Shown here: one piece after another, positions 1-11,441 of the stretch
How the letters are laid out: every line of letters starts with the position of its first letter
Numbering within the stretch: the first letter of the stretch is position 1
Source: Picochlorum sp. SENEW3
Taxonomy: Eukaryota
Direction: 5' to 3'
Assembly: GCA_034226945.1 (NCBI GenBank)
Contig: CP120456.1
Location: 372,001 to 436,000 of the forward strand
DNA: 64,000 nt
Notes under the pieces: model-generated
Database searches by the model: none
What the model saw: only the letters and a program-made list of their open reading frames with translations
What the model was told of the DNA's origin: nothing
Translations under genes and position numbers: made by a program

Positions 1-93
1 ACCGCCATCGAGACTGGTCGATCGCGTCTCCACTCTCCCAGTCCGGATCGGTTTCAAACTCTCTTGTTTTGCCTTTGAAGCTTTCTTTGGCAT
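1..93 (-). CDS. possible 5' end of a gene running off the window (MPKKASKAKQESLKPIRTGRVETRSTSLDGG...)
   Basis: ATG at 93 on the minus strand, open to the window edge, basic N-terminus; no family recognisable. Confidence 0.35.
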   Translation of the reverse strand, partial: MPKKASKAKQESLKPIRTGRVETRSTSLDGG

Positions 94-392
94 ATTTGTC
101 TCCCAGGATCAGACGCCTTTGAACAGGAAATGATATATACCCGGAGTGATTGCGTGCCGAGCACTCTGAACGAGGCCCTACCTACCGATATGGCCTTATA
201 TACAGTCACACACGCATACAGTATAGTAGAAGGATGTACCTGGTTGCTTGGACGGCCACAGTAGATTGATTTGTTCTGTTTGAATGAATATTTCAGACAG
301 ATGACTTGTCTCATCTTTGGTTTTTAAATCTCCTTGTACGGAATTTAAAAGGTTTTTACATTGAAACAATAAAAACGGACGTGCGGCTGCCG

Positions 393-976
393 ATGATGGA
401 TCCGATATCAACGATCAGCATCAGTAATTGCCGTGTACGACCTCTTCATTGTCCACATGGTATTTTAATATATAGTTTCTTTGAGTATCAAGCCATAGAG
501 CGTGCTATCTGCAGCAGTATGGCGAGTGAATTTCTAGGAAGACCATTCCAGGGGCCACCCAGTGTTCCCCATGCATCTGAAGAGTTCTTTAAAGTCTATT
601 TTCTGGGAGCACATGTACGTTTTATTGATTGAGCAATTTATATTGGTCGACGTGGAAGGCATCCGCAGAGGGAATGATGAGTTTTTGTTGACACGTTGTG
701 TATGGTTGTGTGTAGTTGGCTATTGCCATTTCATCCTTCCCTGGCCGTGTATTAGGTACTGAAGCTCGTCCTAGAAAGTTTAACAGAGAGTATGTGATCA
801 ATGTGACGAATGAGCATGCTAAAAGAAGGGAAGCTGCCAGTGGAAAGGTTCCACGGCAATGGTTCAAGGGGCGTCCAAGATTGACGGACCAGTCTTGGGA
901 GAAGATGTGGAATGCGCACTTGCATTGGAAGAGATGGACGCAGGAGAGAATGGGCCCATACAACAGCCCGATATAA
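393..976 (+). CDS. small spliced hypothetical protein, exon structure uncertain
   Basis: Donor-like GTACGA (435) and GTACGT (615), acceptors at 668 and 755, protein-like last exon 756-976 (TEARPRKFNREYV...WKRW); TGTAA at about 1026. Confidence 0.35.
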
Positions 977-1057
977 GAATAAAGCATAGCAGTGATAGTA
1001 GTATTAGTAGTAACAAACATAAGAATGTAATAAGAAGATAAAAGCAATAGACCATTT

Positions 1058-3040
1058 TCAAGCTTTTGCATACTTGCGTTTGGAAGGAGCAACCTTGACT
1101 CGAGATGTTCCAAAGGGTCCCTGTACGTACTGGCCATTCAGATGGGCCATGGCATGCCGAGCCTCCCTTGGGTGGACAAAGGTGACAAATGCATACCCGT
1201 AGGACTCGGAATTGGAGTCTTTTATTTTCTGTACGTCAAACACTGTTCCATATTTTGCACATATCCATCGCAAAGAATTCTCGTCGATACCGTATGGAAG
1301 ATTTCCAATATATACTGTTGTGTCAGAGGGGTGATGCAAGGGGGGATGGGGCACCTCAGAGTCTCCATTCGGCAGTCTCATCTTGGATGATGATGACGAC
1401 GAGGATGAGACCATATCATGCATATATCCAGGCATATTCCTACTACTTGATCCTTTAGAGAGCTGCTGTGAGGGATATTCCATCAGCATTTGAGAATACG
1501 CAGGTCCATGGAAATACCCTGGGCTGTGACTGGGAGAAAAAACAGGTGGTGATGTAGCAAATGGACTCCCTATTGCTGGCATAAACATCATTGGTTGGGA
1601 TGTATTCTCATATGATGGGGATGGTGCGTGCTGGGTGGTGTTATCCGGTTTACTCTTGACATGCTCTAGAGACAACCGGATGGGTGTGTTGCAATCCTCT
1701 GCGTCCTCAGACACACCTTCGCCGGCACTACCCCCTGAATCCTCCAGCCCCAGCACTTCTGCTACATTCCATGATAAAACACCACTCGGCGTGCAGATGT
1801 AGATGAGTCCATCATCATGCCACATCACATCAGCATGCGTAACCTTTTCATTCTCCAGTACCTGAATGCTTAAAATAGGTGCACGGACGCCACCTTTCCA
1901 AAACGGGTGTATACCATGAAATGATAATAGACCATCAGACCCGAGCATAGCAAGCATATCAGACGTTGCATGAAAACACTGATCCAAGATCTCTGGGCTC
2001 TCATAACAGCACACCATGGACTGACTTGAATCACTATGAGCCCCAGCCATCATCGTATCGAGATCCCATACCATTGTATAATTAGAGGCTTCCGAGGTCG
2101 CGAGAAATCGACCGGACACAGACCAGCACAATCGCATCACATCAGAATCAAAGCCAGTCAGTATGCATGGCGTACAACATCCATCAACAACGCCTTTTTC
2201 TATATATAATGACCGTATCATATTCATATCCCATACGTGAACTTCTTTACCTTGCATTGCAAACGCAACTCGTGCACCCGGCTGATTCATTGCCATGGCA
2301 AGACTCACTCCAAACTGTGCATCACTGTCCTCCTCTTCCTCTGCATACAAGGCCATAAATGCCTTCCCGTCGCCCAATTGACCAACATAACAGTTCTTTT
2401 GTGTCTGAACAACCAAGTACTCTTCATTATCATGTCCAATAAATGTTGTACACCCTTCAAGCTCACTATCAAACCTCCCAACCGATGCCAGCATGGCAGC
2501 AGCATGTTCATCATGCGAATGCGGATGCCCTATCAAATTACTCGGTCGCATTCGAACGACATGCTGCCTTGTTGCTATCAAAAAGGCATCCTGTGGGCTC
2601 ATCTGCCGCCGAGACGGCACACACGCAATCACAGTATCAAACTCTGAGCACAGACTCTCAGGCAACAAGACCCGTGTCGTGGTTCTCGCGCCACGCCCCA
2701 TAGTATGATACCAAAGACGATCATTCTCATCAATAAGTAATATGGACGTCTCATCTAAGGAAAATACAGCGAATTTACATCCACAACCAATGTCGAGCTC
2801 AGTATATTCGCAGTTTTCGCCACTGTCAGTCGACAGTGCCAGCCAACTCCCGTCACTCGCGACACGACAACATGCACTCCCGCTGGAAGAATGTGACAGT
2901 AACGAAGCTGCTGGATTGTGACCTTTATCTAGAACCCCAACAGGACCAACCAAGGCTGGCCACACTGCGTCCTGAGACATATCAAGGTCAACGTACCGTG
3001 CTCCCCCAAGACTGGTTTGAATATCTGTCGTAGACACCAA
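1058..3040 (-). CDS. WD40-like beta-propeller protein with C-terminal RRM (start probably the ATG near 2980)
   Basis: WD-like repeats (EVHVWD; LCWSVSGRFLATSEASNYTMVWD); S/P-rich linker; RNP2 VYIGNL and RNP1 YGYAFVTF. Confidence 0.8.
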   Translation of the reverse strand: MVSTTDIQTSLGGARYVDLDMSQDAVWPALVGPVGVLDKGHNPAASLLSHSSSGSACCRVASDGSWLALSTDSGENCEYTELDIGCGCKFAVFSLDETSILLIDENDRLWYHTMGRGARTTTRVLLPESLCSEFDTVIACVPSRRQMSPQDAFLIATRQHVVRMRPSNLIGHPHSHDEHAAAMLASVGRFDSELEGCTTFIGHDNEEYLVVQTQKNCYVGQLGDGKAFMALYAEEEEDSDAQFGVSLAMAMNQPGARVAFAMQGKEVHVWDMNMIRSLYIEKGVVDGCCTPCILTGFDSDVMRLCWSVSGRFLATSEASNYTMVWDLDTMMAGAHSDSSQSMVCCYESPEILDQCFHATSDMLAMLGSDGLLSFHGIHPFWKGGVRAPILSIQVLENEKVTHADVMWHDDGLIYICTPSGVLSWNVAEVLGLEDSGGSAGEGVSEDAEDCNTPIRLSLEHVKSKPDNTTQHAPSPSYENTSQPMMFMPAIGSPFATSPPVFSPSHSPGYFHGPAYSQMLMEYPSQQLSKGSSSRNMPGYMHDMVSSSSSSSSKMRLPNGDSEVPHPPLHHPSDTTVYIGNLPYGIDENSLRWICAKYGTVFDVQKIKDSNSESYGYAFVTFVHPREARHAMAHLNGQYVQGPFGTSRVKVAPSKRKYAKA

Positions 3041-3508
3041 TGCTATACATTGGATGGTTACTTAATGATACATGAAGTATCAAAATTAAAATGGTAAACG
3101 CAGTAGAATATGTCAATACCTTGTAGACTCTAGGCGCATTTTGGCGTGTGTCTCCAGCAGAATGTCCGTGACACGTCAGACAGAAGAAACCACATTTCTT
3201 GGCATCATCAAACTGCGATGGCTTCCTGAAAAAGATCTCTGGTGAAAGATTCGTCGGTAGCAGTAGACATGCACGCAGTGCTGCTTGTATTTTGTTTGTT
3301 TCCAGGAGGGTATTCAAACAACAAGTGTTCTCCATGCAATCACCAACAGCACCAAGATCTTTGTGACGAGTGAATCTCGGTCAACACTTGCGTTGATGGG
3401 CAATCCAAATGGAACAAGGGGACCCTTCCCCAAGTCGCATGAATACGTGCTTGAGATGCCTCACACAGATATTTTTATATTCCATAATTTTTTTAAATAC
3501 AAAAGAGG

Positions 3509-5233
3509 ATGTCGTTGCGCCTTGTTCTGGGAAGAGGGGCCAGCGTTGGGAGAAAACTGGTTGGTCGGTTGGGTGGGTTGGTTGGGCATACTGGTATTCT
3601 TCATGCACCACTGCGTGATAGATTTGGATACAATAGACCGTTATATTCTTCGTTGAGGAGGAGCATAGTGCCAGTTCGAGCAGCATCGACATCGTCTCGT
3701 TCGAAACAGTTGTACAAATGCACCGAATGTGGGGAGACGACGCTGCAGTGGAGTGGGCAGTGCATGTCCTGTAAGAAATGGAGTACATTGGAGAAAGTTC
3801 AGGTGGCTCAGCAGCAGGAGGGTGGAGGTGGGGGTGCGAGGGCTGCTGCCAGGTTTGAGCAACAGGAAGGTGGTGTTCGTCGTGACCGAGGTGGGTGGGT
3901 GGCGGATTCAGATGCTCCCAGAAAGATACGAGATGTGTCAAACTCGATTCATTCATCAAAGAAGTGGAGGTTGCGGCTTCCTGGTGCGAATGGAGAGGAG
4001 TTTGGGAGGGTGTTAGGTGGTGGTATCATGCCTGGGTCGTTGATTCTAGTTGGAGGAGAGCCTGGGGTTGGTAAGAGTACGTTATTGCTTCAAGTAGCAG
4101 AGATGATGTCATGCTCAGGAAAGGATGGAGACACTGGCCCAGTGCTGTACGTATCTGGGGAGGAGAGTGTTGAACAGATTGGTAGTCGTGCTGCGAGAAT
4201 GGGTATGGATTCAAGTGAGAGTGTGTACCTGTACAGTTCGACTCGGTTGAATGTTATCTTAGACGCTGTATTAAAGTTGAATCCATCGGCGTTGATTGTT
4301 GATTCAATTCAGACGGTATACTTGGATGATTTACCATCGAGTGCTGGGAGTGTGGTTCAAGTGAGGGAATGTGCCTCTGCATTGCTTCAAGTGGCAAAGA
4401 AATCTGGCATTCCGGTGTTTTTAGTGGGTCATGTGACCAAGAGTGGAGATATAGCAGGTCCTCGTGTGTTGGAGCATATCGTAGATGTGGTTGTGTATAT
4501 GGAGGGTGGACGGCAGCAGGCTGTAAGGCTTGTGCGATGTGTCAAGAACCGATATGGTCCTACGGATGAGGTGGGGGTGTTTTCCATGGAGGATGAAGGA
4601 ATGGTTGCTGTGAGCAATCCAAGCGCATTCTTCTTAACGTCAAAGGATGCTCCTTCGGTGTGCTCGGCTGTGACTGTGATTATGGAAGGAACGAGACCTT
4701 TGATGATGGAGGTGCAAGCATTGTGTTCACGGACCCAGTCTGGCACAAATGCACCGCCATTGCGAGTTCCTTCTGGTGTGAAGAAGGAACGTCTATGGCT
4801 GATTCTTGCTGTGCTATCAAAGCACACGCGAATAAGACCGTTTGGAGTGGATGTACATGTAAATGTGACTGGAGGACTGAATGTGTCAGAACCGAGTGCA
4901 GACTTGGCCATTGCGTGTGCCATTGGATCAAGCTATTATGAGAAACCACTATCATCTGATACAGCTGTAGTGGGAGAAATTGGCCTCGGGGGTGAATTGC
5001 GGCCTGTTATTCAGGTAGAACGCCGAATCATGGAGGCTCAAAAGTTGGGATTTCGCAGGATTGTGGTTCCGAAATCATCAGACAGGAATAAACTTACATC
5101 TCGCGACGACGTACACATTGACATAATACCATGCGATACAGTAGAATCGGTATTTGATATAGTTCTTGGCCCAAGACGACGGAAAAAATCAGACTTCAAT
5201 ACGACAGATGACAATGACAATGGTGATGTTTAG
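3509..5233 (+). CDS. RADA: DNA repair protein RadA/Sms, organelle-targeted
   Basis: C4 zinc finger CTECG...CMSC, Walker A GEPGVGKS, KNRYG motif, Lon-like C-terminal domain (GEIGLGGELRPV); R/S-rich transit-like N-terminus. Confidence 0.96.
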   Translation: MSLRLVLGRGASVGRKLVGRLGGLVGHTGILHAPLRDRFGYNRPLYSSLRRSIVPVRAASTSSRSKQLYKCTECGETTLQWSGQCMSCKKWSTLEKVQVAQQQEGGGGGARAAARFEQQEGGVRRDRGGWVADSDAPRKIRDVSNSIHSSKKWRLRLPGANGEEFGRVLGGGIMPGSLILVGGEPGVGKSTLLLQVAEMMSCSGKDGDTGPVLYVSGEESVEQIGSRAARMGMDSSESVYLYSSTRLNVILDAVLKLNPSALIVDSIQTVYLDDLPSSAGSVVQVRECASALLQVAKKSGIPVFLVGHVTKSGDIAGPRVLEHIVDVVVYMEGGRQQAVRLVRCVKNRYGPTDEVGVFSMEDEGMVAVSNPSAFFLTSKDAPSVCSAVTVIMEGTRPLMMEVQALCSRTQSGTNAPPLRVPSGVKKERLWLILAVLSKHTRIRPFGVDVHVNVTGGLNVSEPSADLAIACAIGSSYYEKPLSSDTAVVGEIGLGGELRPVIQVERRIMEAQKLGFRRIVVPKSSDRNKLTSRDDVHIDIIPCDTVESVFDIVLGPRRRKKSDFNTTDDNDNGDV

Positions 5234-6333
5234 AGATGCTGTTGTAACAACTTGAGAACATTGCCGGCGCACCCCCATGCGAGGGTGAGACCGGAACCAC
5301 CGTGACCATAATTGTGAATGACTGGTATAGTTGTGCCATCCAGCATTTCTGCCTCCAGACGGATGCCATTCCTGCCAGGCCGCAGTCCCACCCAACTGGA
5401 GAGAATTTCAGCAGATGAGAGGCTAGGAACTATGGCTTGACATCGATCAAAAATTTCTTTTCTTTCTTCTTCTGTCGAGGTTGTATTTTCGTCCCCAGGA
5501 ACTTTCGTCCCTCCAAGCACAACAGTGTCTGTGTTGGGAATAATGTAGGCAGGCTTGGAGGCATCTAGGGAATGAGACTCTACGTGATGTCTCACCCATG
5601 GGGCACGAGCTCGCAAGACATGGCCTCTAATGCCGTACATGGATTGATCGTTGAAGAGCTCTCGGGCGCCAAGGCCGGTGCAATTGATGACGACCTGTGC
5701 GTCACCAATCTCACTGACATGTTCAATCCTCTTGCGAACAATATCGACATTGCCTGCTTCCTGGAGTTTGGATAGAACCCATTGCATATATAGCCTTCCT
5801 TCTGCTATAATAGTTGTATAGGCTATGCCATGAACATGCGTACCTGAGTGATCATAAAATGCGATCTCCTCTTTAGTAAGGTGTCGAAACTGAGGGACCA
5901 GTGTTGCCCAAGCAGGGTCGTCCACCTTCTCTTGGAACAATTCATACGCGGAGGTAAGAACTATTCCTGCTTTTGGGGCTTCAGGAGACAAATAAATACC
6001 CATGTAGTGATCCAGCGTCTCTTTTCCCCATGCATTAACAAGACTGTCTGGAGTGCCAGTGAGTGCAAATGGTTTCCATAATCCACCAGCTCCTTCGCTC
6101 GTTGTCTCTGTAGCAATTTTCTCCCCAACAATTGTCACCGATGCATCAGGGTATTGCTGTTTGATACGAAGGGCAGATGTTAAACCGATCACACCGCCAC
6201 CAAGGACAGTTATTGATGGTTTCTGCTGTGCTTGTGCAATAGTAGACAGCCTTTGGCCCTTGCTTGACAAACCACGGCGCAACATCGGCCGTGGTAAACC
6301 CACAGATACATATTCAAATCTAATCTGAGTCAT
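5230..6333 (-). CDS. DAO: D-amino acid / D-aspartate oxidase
   Basis: FAD-binding GGGVIG, VINCTGLGA, WVGLRPGR, HNYGHGGSG signature. Confidence 0.93.
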   Translation of the reverse strand: MTQIRFEYVSVGLPRPMLRRGLSSKGQRLSTIAQAQQKPSITVLGGGVIGLTSALRIKQQYPDASVTIVGEKIATETTSEGAGGLWKPFALTGTPDSLVNAWGKETLDHYMGIYLSPEAPKAGIVLTSAYELFQEKVDDPAWATLVPQFRHLTKEEIAFYDHSGTHVHGIAYTTIIAEGRLYMQWVLSKLQEAGNVDIVRKRIEHVSEIGDAQVVINCTGLGARELFNDQSMYGIRGHVLRARAPWVRHHVESHSLDASKPAYIIPNTDTVVLGGTKVPGDENTTSTEEERKEIFDRCQAIVPSLSSAEILSSWVGLRPGRNGIRLEAEMLDGTTIPVIHNYGHGGSGLTLAWGCAGNVLKLLQQHL

Positions 6334-6722
6334 ATCAGCCTCGTAGCGTGCTATGTAGGGCTATAATCAGTAAAAAACCCTAGAAAACACCAGCAGAAAG
6401 CCCTGTTCTTTCCCACGCGGCCTCACCCCTGAAGGTTCAAAACTCCGCGTTTCCCGATCACCAGAGCCTCTAGCGCCCTATAAAAGAATTATGTTGAATA
6501 CTGAAAGTGTTTGGAAGCCATTTCTTGGCCAATGTGCCCATGCAGCATTGGTAATCGGCCAAATGGGATTTTGTGGCCATCCTGGAACAGGATTGCTCCA
6601 ACTTGGGACATGTGCCCATGATGATTTTTGTCGACGATGCCCTCCTGAACACAGAGATATCTTTTAATTGTTTCATTTCATAGACATCGTGCAATTGTGA
6701 GGGAAGATCAAGTCTATTGACG

Positions 6723-7874
6723 ATGGAAAAGAAAGAGGGTTTATTGAGTTCGGCTTACAACGCGGCTTTTCGGCAGGTTTTGGGGGTTGTTGAGAGAGAT
6801 ATTGTTCCTGATTTCATGATTAGGAGAGGAATTCGGTATTTATTGAGTAAAAGGGCGGCAACGGTACGCTATCGGTGTATGCAAGGTGGTTACCTCAGGG
6901 AGTAATAAGCAAGTGTTCTGTTGCAGAGCTCTCCCAAAGATGGAACTGAATTCTACGAGAAACTGCAAGACTTCGTTGAAGAGTTGAAGGAAATGCCTGT
7001 AGCAGTGCAAACAGATGCTGCGAATGAGCAACATTATGAGGTTCCAACAGAGTATTTTACAGATGTGTTGGGGAAATATCGCAAGTATTCTTGTTGTCTG
7101 TATACTAGAAAAGGGATGAGCCTAGAAGATGCCGAGGTTGAAATGCTTCAAGTGTGCTGTGAGAGGGCAAAACTATGTGATGGGCAGTCTATTCTAGAAC
7201 TCGGCTGTGGCTGGGGCTCACTGTCATTGTACATGGCAGAGAAATATCCAAAGTCCACCATTACAGCAGTGAGCAATTCGAAGACGCAGAAGAAATACAT
7301 TGACGAAATGGCTGAGAAGAAGAAGTTGAAGAATTTAACCGTGATAACGGCTGATGTTGTGCATTTCTCGCCCCCAAGAGGCTCCAATTATGACAGAGTG
7401 GTATCCGTTGAGATGTTTGAGCATATGAAGAACTACAAAGAGCTTTTGCGGCGAATATCTACCTGGTTGAAGCCGGGAGGGTACTTATTTGTGCATATCT
7501 TTGTGCATAGACTTGGCTTGCCCTATCATTATGTGGTTGAATCTGAAGAGGACTGGATGACAAAATACTTTTTTGCAGGAGGCACAATGCCTTCCTCTGA
7601 CTTGCTGCTGCATTTTCAGGACGATCTGAGTATCGAAAAACAATGGTATATAAATGGAAACCATTATAGTAAAACTTTAGAGGATTGGCTTGTGCGCCAT
7701 GATACGAGCAAGAGCAAGATCTTGCCCTTGTTTGAGAAGACATACGGAAAAGGACAGGAAGTGAAATGGTTTGTGTATTGGCGACTGTTCTATTTAGCCT
7801 GTAGCGAACTTTTTGCGTACGATCGCGGAGAAAGATGGGGAGTCGGTCATTATTTGTTCAAGAGGAGAGACTAA
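6723..7874 (+). CDS. SAM-dependent methyltransferase, coclaurine N-methyltransferase / CFA-synthase-like; exons 6723-6863, 6927-7874
   Basis: ANEQHYEVP, KYSCC, motif I ILELGCGWG, VSVEMFEHMKN; 63-nt GTACGC..TTGCAG intron joins the two ORFs in frame. Confidence 0.92.
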
Positions 7875-7878
7875 GAAA

Positions 7879-10800
7879 TTACAATATTTCGCAAATTTTT
7901 AGACTATCCTTGAGATGTTGCAAGGAGAATGAGATTCTCCTAAAAGTATCAATCTGTGCGTTTGCGAGATTTTGAAGACACGCAGATCCATCAAAATGAT
8001 TCATTTTGTCTATTCCTATGATATCTGTAAATGATTCTAATGTGCCTTGGTATTCTTCCGTGATATACGTACGTACGTCCAATTCCACTACTGCAGTTAC
8101 CGTGTCGAGCAATGTGTCTGTTCCGTTCAAAACAGCTGCAACGCATTTCTTCAAGTCATCTCTCATGAAACCCAACGTAGACCATGGTCCATCAGCATTT
8201 GAATTTTTTAACAGATGATGCAGTGTGTACGCAAGCCAAACATATTCCTCTGACACTAGCCTTGAAAGCAAAGCCACCCCTGCATTCCCAGGAAAGCACG
8301 AAGAAACAGCACCAGAATCAGATCTCACGCCGTTTAGTAAAGAGATACAGTGCTCTATGGACTTTGATGCAATATTTTCCAGTTGTCGGAGAACATTGGA
8401 CATCAGGACGTTTCCTTGATGAGTTCCCTCTGCCATTGTTTGGTGTACCTGATACATGAGCAAGATGATTGCTGTTGAAACAAACTCTGGAACCTTTGGC
8501 ATCGATGTTTCGATTTCAACCCGATGTGCAATTGCAGTCATCATATTTAAAGGCCAAAGGGCATCGCTGTCAAGCGAGTCTGCATTCAGGCCCAGACCTT
8601 CAAATGCCTGCCTCAGCCAAATGTATACCTCATTCTGGCTCTCGGAATTTGGCTGCCTCTCACAGGCGTGACTAAGAATACGCGGAAAGTTCGCACGCTG
8701 AATGATTTGATTGCTCACAGTATTCTCCCAAGATGCGCGAGAGTCGGACACGCCTTTTGCATTGGACTGATATGACCACCAGGCTCCACTGCGCCCACCA
8801 ACCGGGATGTTATCCACCCCATTGTTCCACCAAGAGATGGTTGAACACGCTGGGCCAAGAGCACAGGGAGGATACCAGATTGGTCTCACAGTAAAGTCGT
8901 GATTGTGTACTAAATCTTCCGATTCAAGGAGGTCATTTTCGGCATGGATCTTTTCTGGACTTTCCCTTGACAAGCATGAGAGGCGGCACTGCATTATAGT
9001 GGTCTCGCTCTTGTACAGGTGATAGGTCGCTGATTTATCCAAACGATTGATAAAATCAACAAACTCGGGAACTTTAGATAATGTTGCCTGTTCATACGCT
9101 GAATATAAAGCTTCTCTAGCTTCCATCTCCTGAACAGTGTGCAAATTCTCAATGCCATCAAACCATTTGCAGTGCCCACTTTCGTCAGGACAGGATGCCA
9201 TGATTATGGGGATCATCCAATGACCAGTCATACTGTCATGCAAAACTCCTTTGATATCAAGCGTGGCAAATTGCTCGGAGGAGAGGGATGCAGCTCCTAA
9301 TAAACCATACAACGCTGATGCAGCCAACCGAAGTGGAGCAGATACCTTTCTCTCCACTTGTGCACATTCGATACAAAGCAAGGCCAAAACAAGCAAATGC
9401 CATGGGTGTTCCCTAAACTCTTCCATACCTTGGCCGTCCATGGGTTGATCTTGGACAAGGGCCATGCTGCATAACAATGGGACAATAGCCAAGACTAGAA
9501 GCTCCTCTCCCAAACCTCTATCTTTTGGATCAAAGCTGCTGCAAAGATGCTCATTCTCAAAGTACAATTTCATCATATGCAAAGCATGATGGAGCATATC
9601 CGACCAAGACTCTTGAATCTCATACCCAGCCTCTGACTCCAAGAGATACCCATTGACAAGGCACATGAATGCTTCCTGCTCATCCTGGAGAGAGACATTG
9701 CTTGAATCTCCCTTGGCCTGTTTATACACATCTCGACAGTGCTTCATCCCTTCTTTAACTATGTATTCTCGCTGTTGCGAGTCCAGGTGGCGCAAATAAT
9801 TTCTCAAATCTGCAGCAAGGCTTGAGCTATGTGCCAACCCCTGGATTGCATTCAGCATGGCAGGCATCATGGATTCAAATGTGCCATCGTGTAATGATAT
9901 ATACTTTTGTACTTCTAATCCTGCTAAAATAATGGAGCGCTTCATTTTTATAGCATCACCAAAGCGAGCCCTCATTGCATCCATCCTTGACATGACATGA
10001 GACATTCTATCATCAAATGATGCATCCATGTCTGCTGCAACACTCTGCCATACTTTCAGCATATGCAACGAATCCCATACTTCTGCTATTCCACCATCTA
10101 TTCTATATAGTGGAAAGTAAAAACCATTGTATCGTTCCAACTCGTCTAACGCCAACTCTGGAAACGTCGAGGCAATAAATAAATGCCAGCACAACCAATT
10201 CTGGGGATCTTCCAAAGCAGCATCGCCAAACACACGGCTGGCAGCTGAAAACTCGCCTAGCCGCAGATACATGGTACCGATAAGCATTGATTTCTCTGAA
10301 TCTGGAATCTTATCCTCGCACACGCTATCAAACGCCTGTGCAAGGTCTAAAGCCTCTGCATGCTTCCCAAGGCCACAGAGAACATCACACAGAATGAGAA
10401 ACTTTTCAAAAGACAACTTGCCTCCGTTTGACTTTAATCGCCTCTGTTCAATCATTGAATACGCAAGAGTCAATAACCTCTGCACCACAGCATCATCAAA
10501 ACTTTGCAGCTTGTTCACAGCATTCTGTGACTGCATCAGCAAGGAGCATATTGACCACCAAACATATGTATCAGCGTTAGGTGCATCTAATTTCGCCAAC
10601 TTGAAGGACTCTTGCTGCTGATGAATGTAGTCCAAGTTTCGCACATAGCAGCCGAACAATCCAACCCGAATACCAGGATCATTTGGCCGCTTCTCAACAG
10701 CAGCCACATATGCATCTAGGATCCCCTCCTTTTGGTCAAGCGCCCTGTAGACAAACATCATGGTATGCAACACTCGATCATCCTGTGGCCCTTCTTCTAC

Positions 10801-11091
10801 GACACTCTTTAAAACAGCCTCGGCAACCTCCCTCTTATTCAACTTGGCTGCACAATATGCCTTGAGTGTCAACACCAACTGACTCTTTGGGTACTTCCTG
10901 AGCAACGCCTCGGCCAATTTAGCTCCACTCTGCAACAGATTTAGGGCATTAAAAATCAGATGGAATGCTCAGAAATGCAGGCAGGCAATGGTTGAGCGAC
11001 GTATTTCCTTGAAATCACGTACTTTGTAGTTCTGGGTCTCGATCGCCCCATATATAGGCCCTAATTTCCTCTCTAATGCTTCTGGATACAT
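7879..11091 (-). CDS. NAA25: N-terminal acetyltransferase B auxiliary subunit (NAA25/MDM20); exons 11023-11091, 7879-10929
   Basis: Exon 1 MYPEALERKLGPIYGAIETQNYK matches the family start ERRLRPIYD; TPR-like helices; WWSICSLLMQ; LDIKGVLHDS motif. Confidence 0.88.
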
Positions 11092-11441
11092 TATAAATGA
11101 AATAAAATCGGTTCTAGTGATGAAATGCCGTCTGCTGTGACGACTACCTCAGCAAAACACTCATGCAATGTACAATTTCGAGCGATCCATCCACAATACA
11201 GCACAGCAATGGATTACCGATATTTTCAAATATTCTATAGCAATATTCCAGTAGTCTATGACCATATGCATGGTTATTTGGCCGCGAAGATTGGTTGGCT
11301 TCATAAAATGGGTGGTATGCTCGGTCAAACGCTGTTTTTAATGGGAGATGTCCCACATGCGTACTGTACAGTATGTAGACTGACGCATTTTGAATTTGGA
11401 GCTAGCATCAGGATCCTTCCCCACCGAACGATTGCCATTAA

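Noticed and set aside
6375..6384. AAACCCTA telomere-like motif
   Set aside because: Single copy; at most a telo-box promoter element, not an interstitial telomere array
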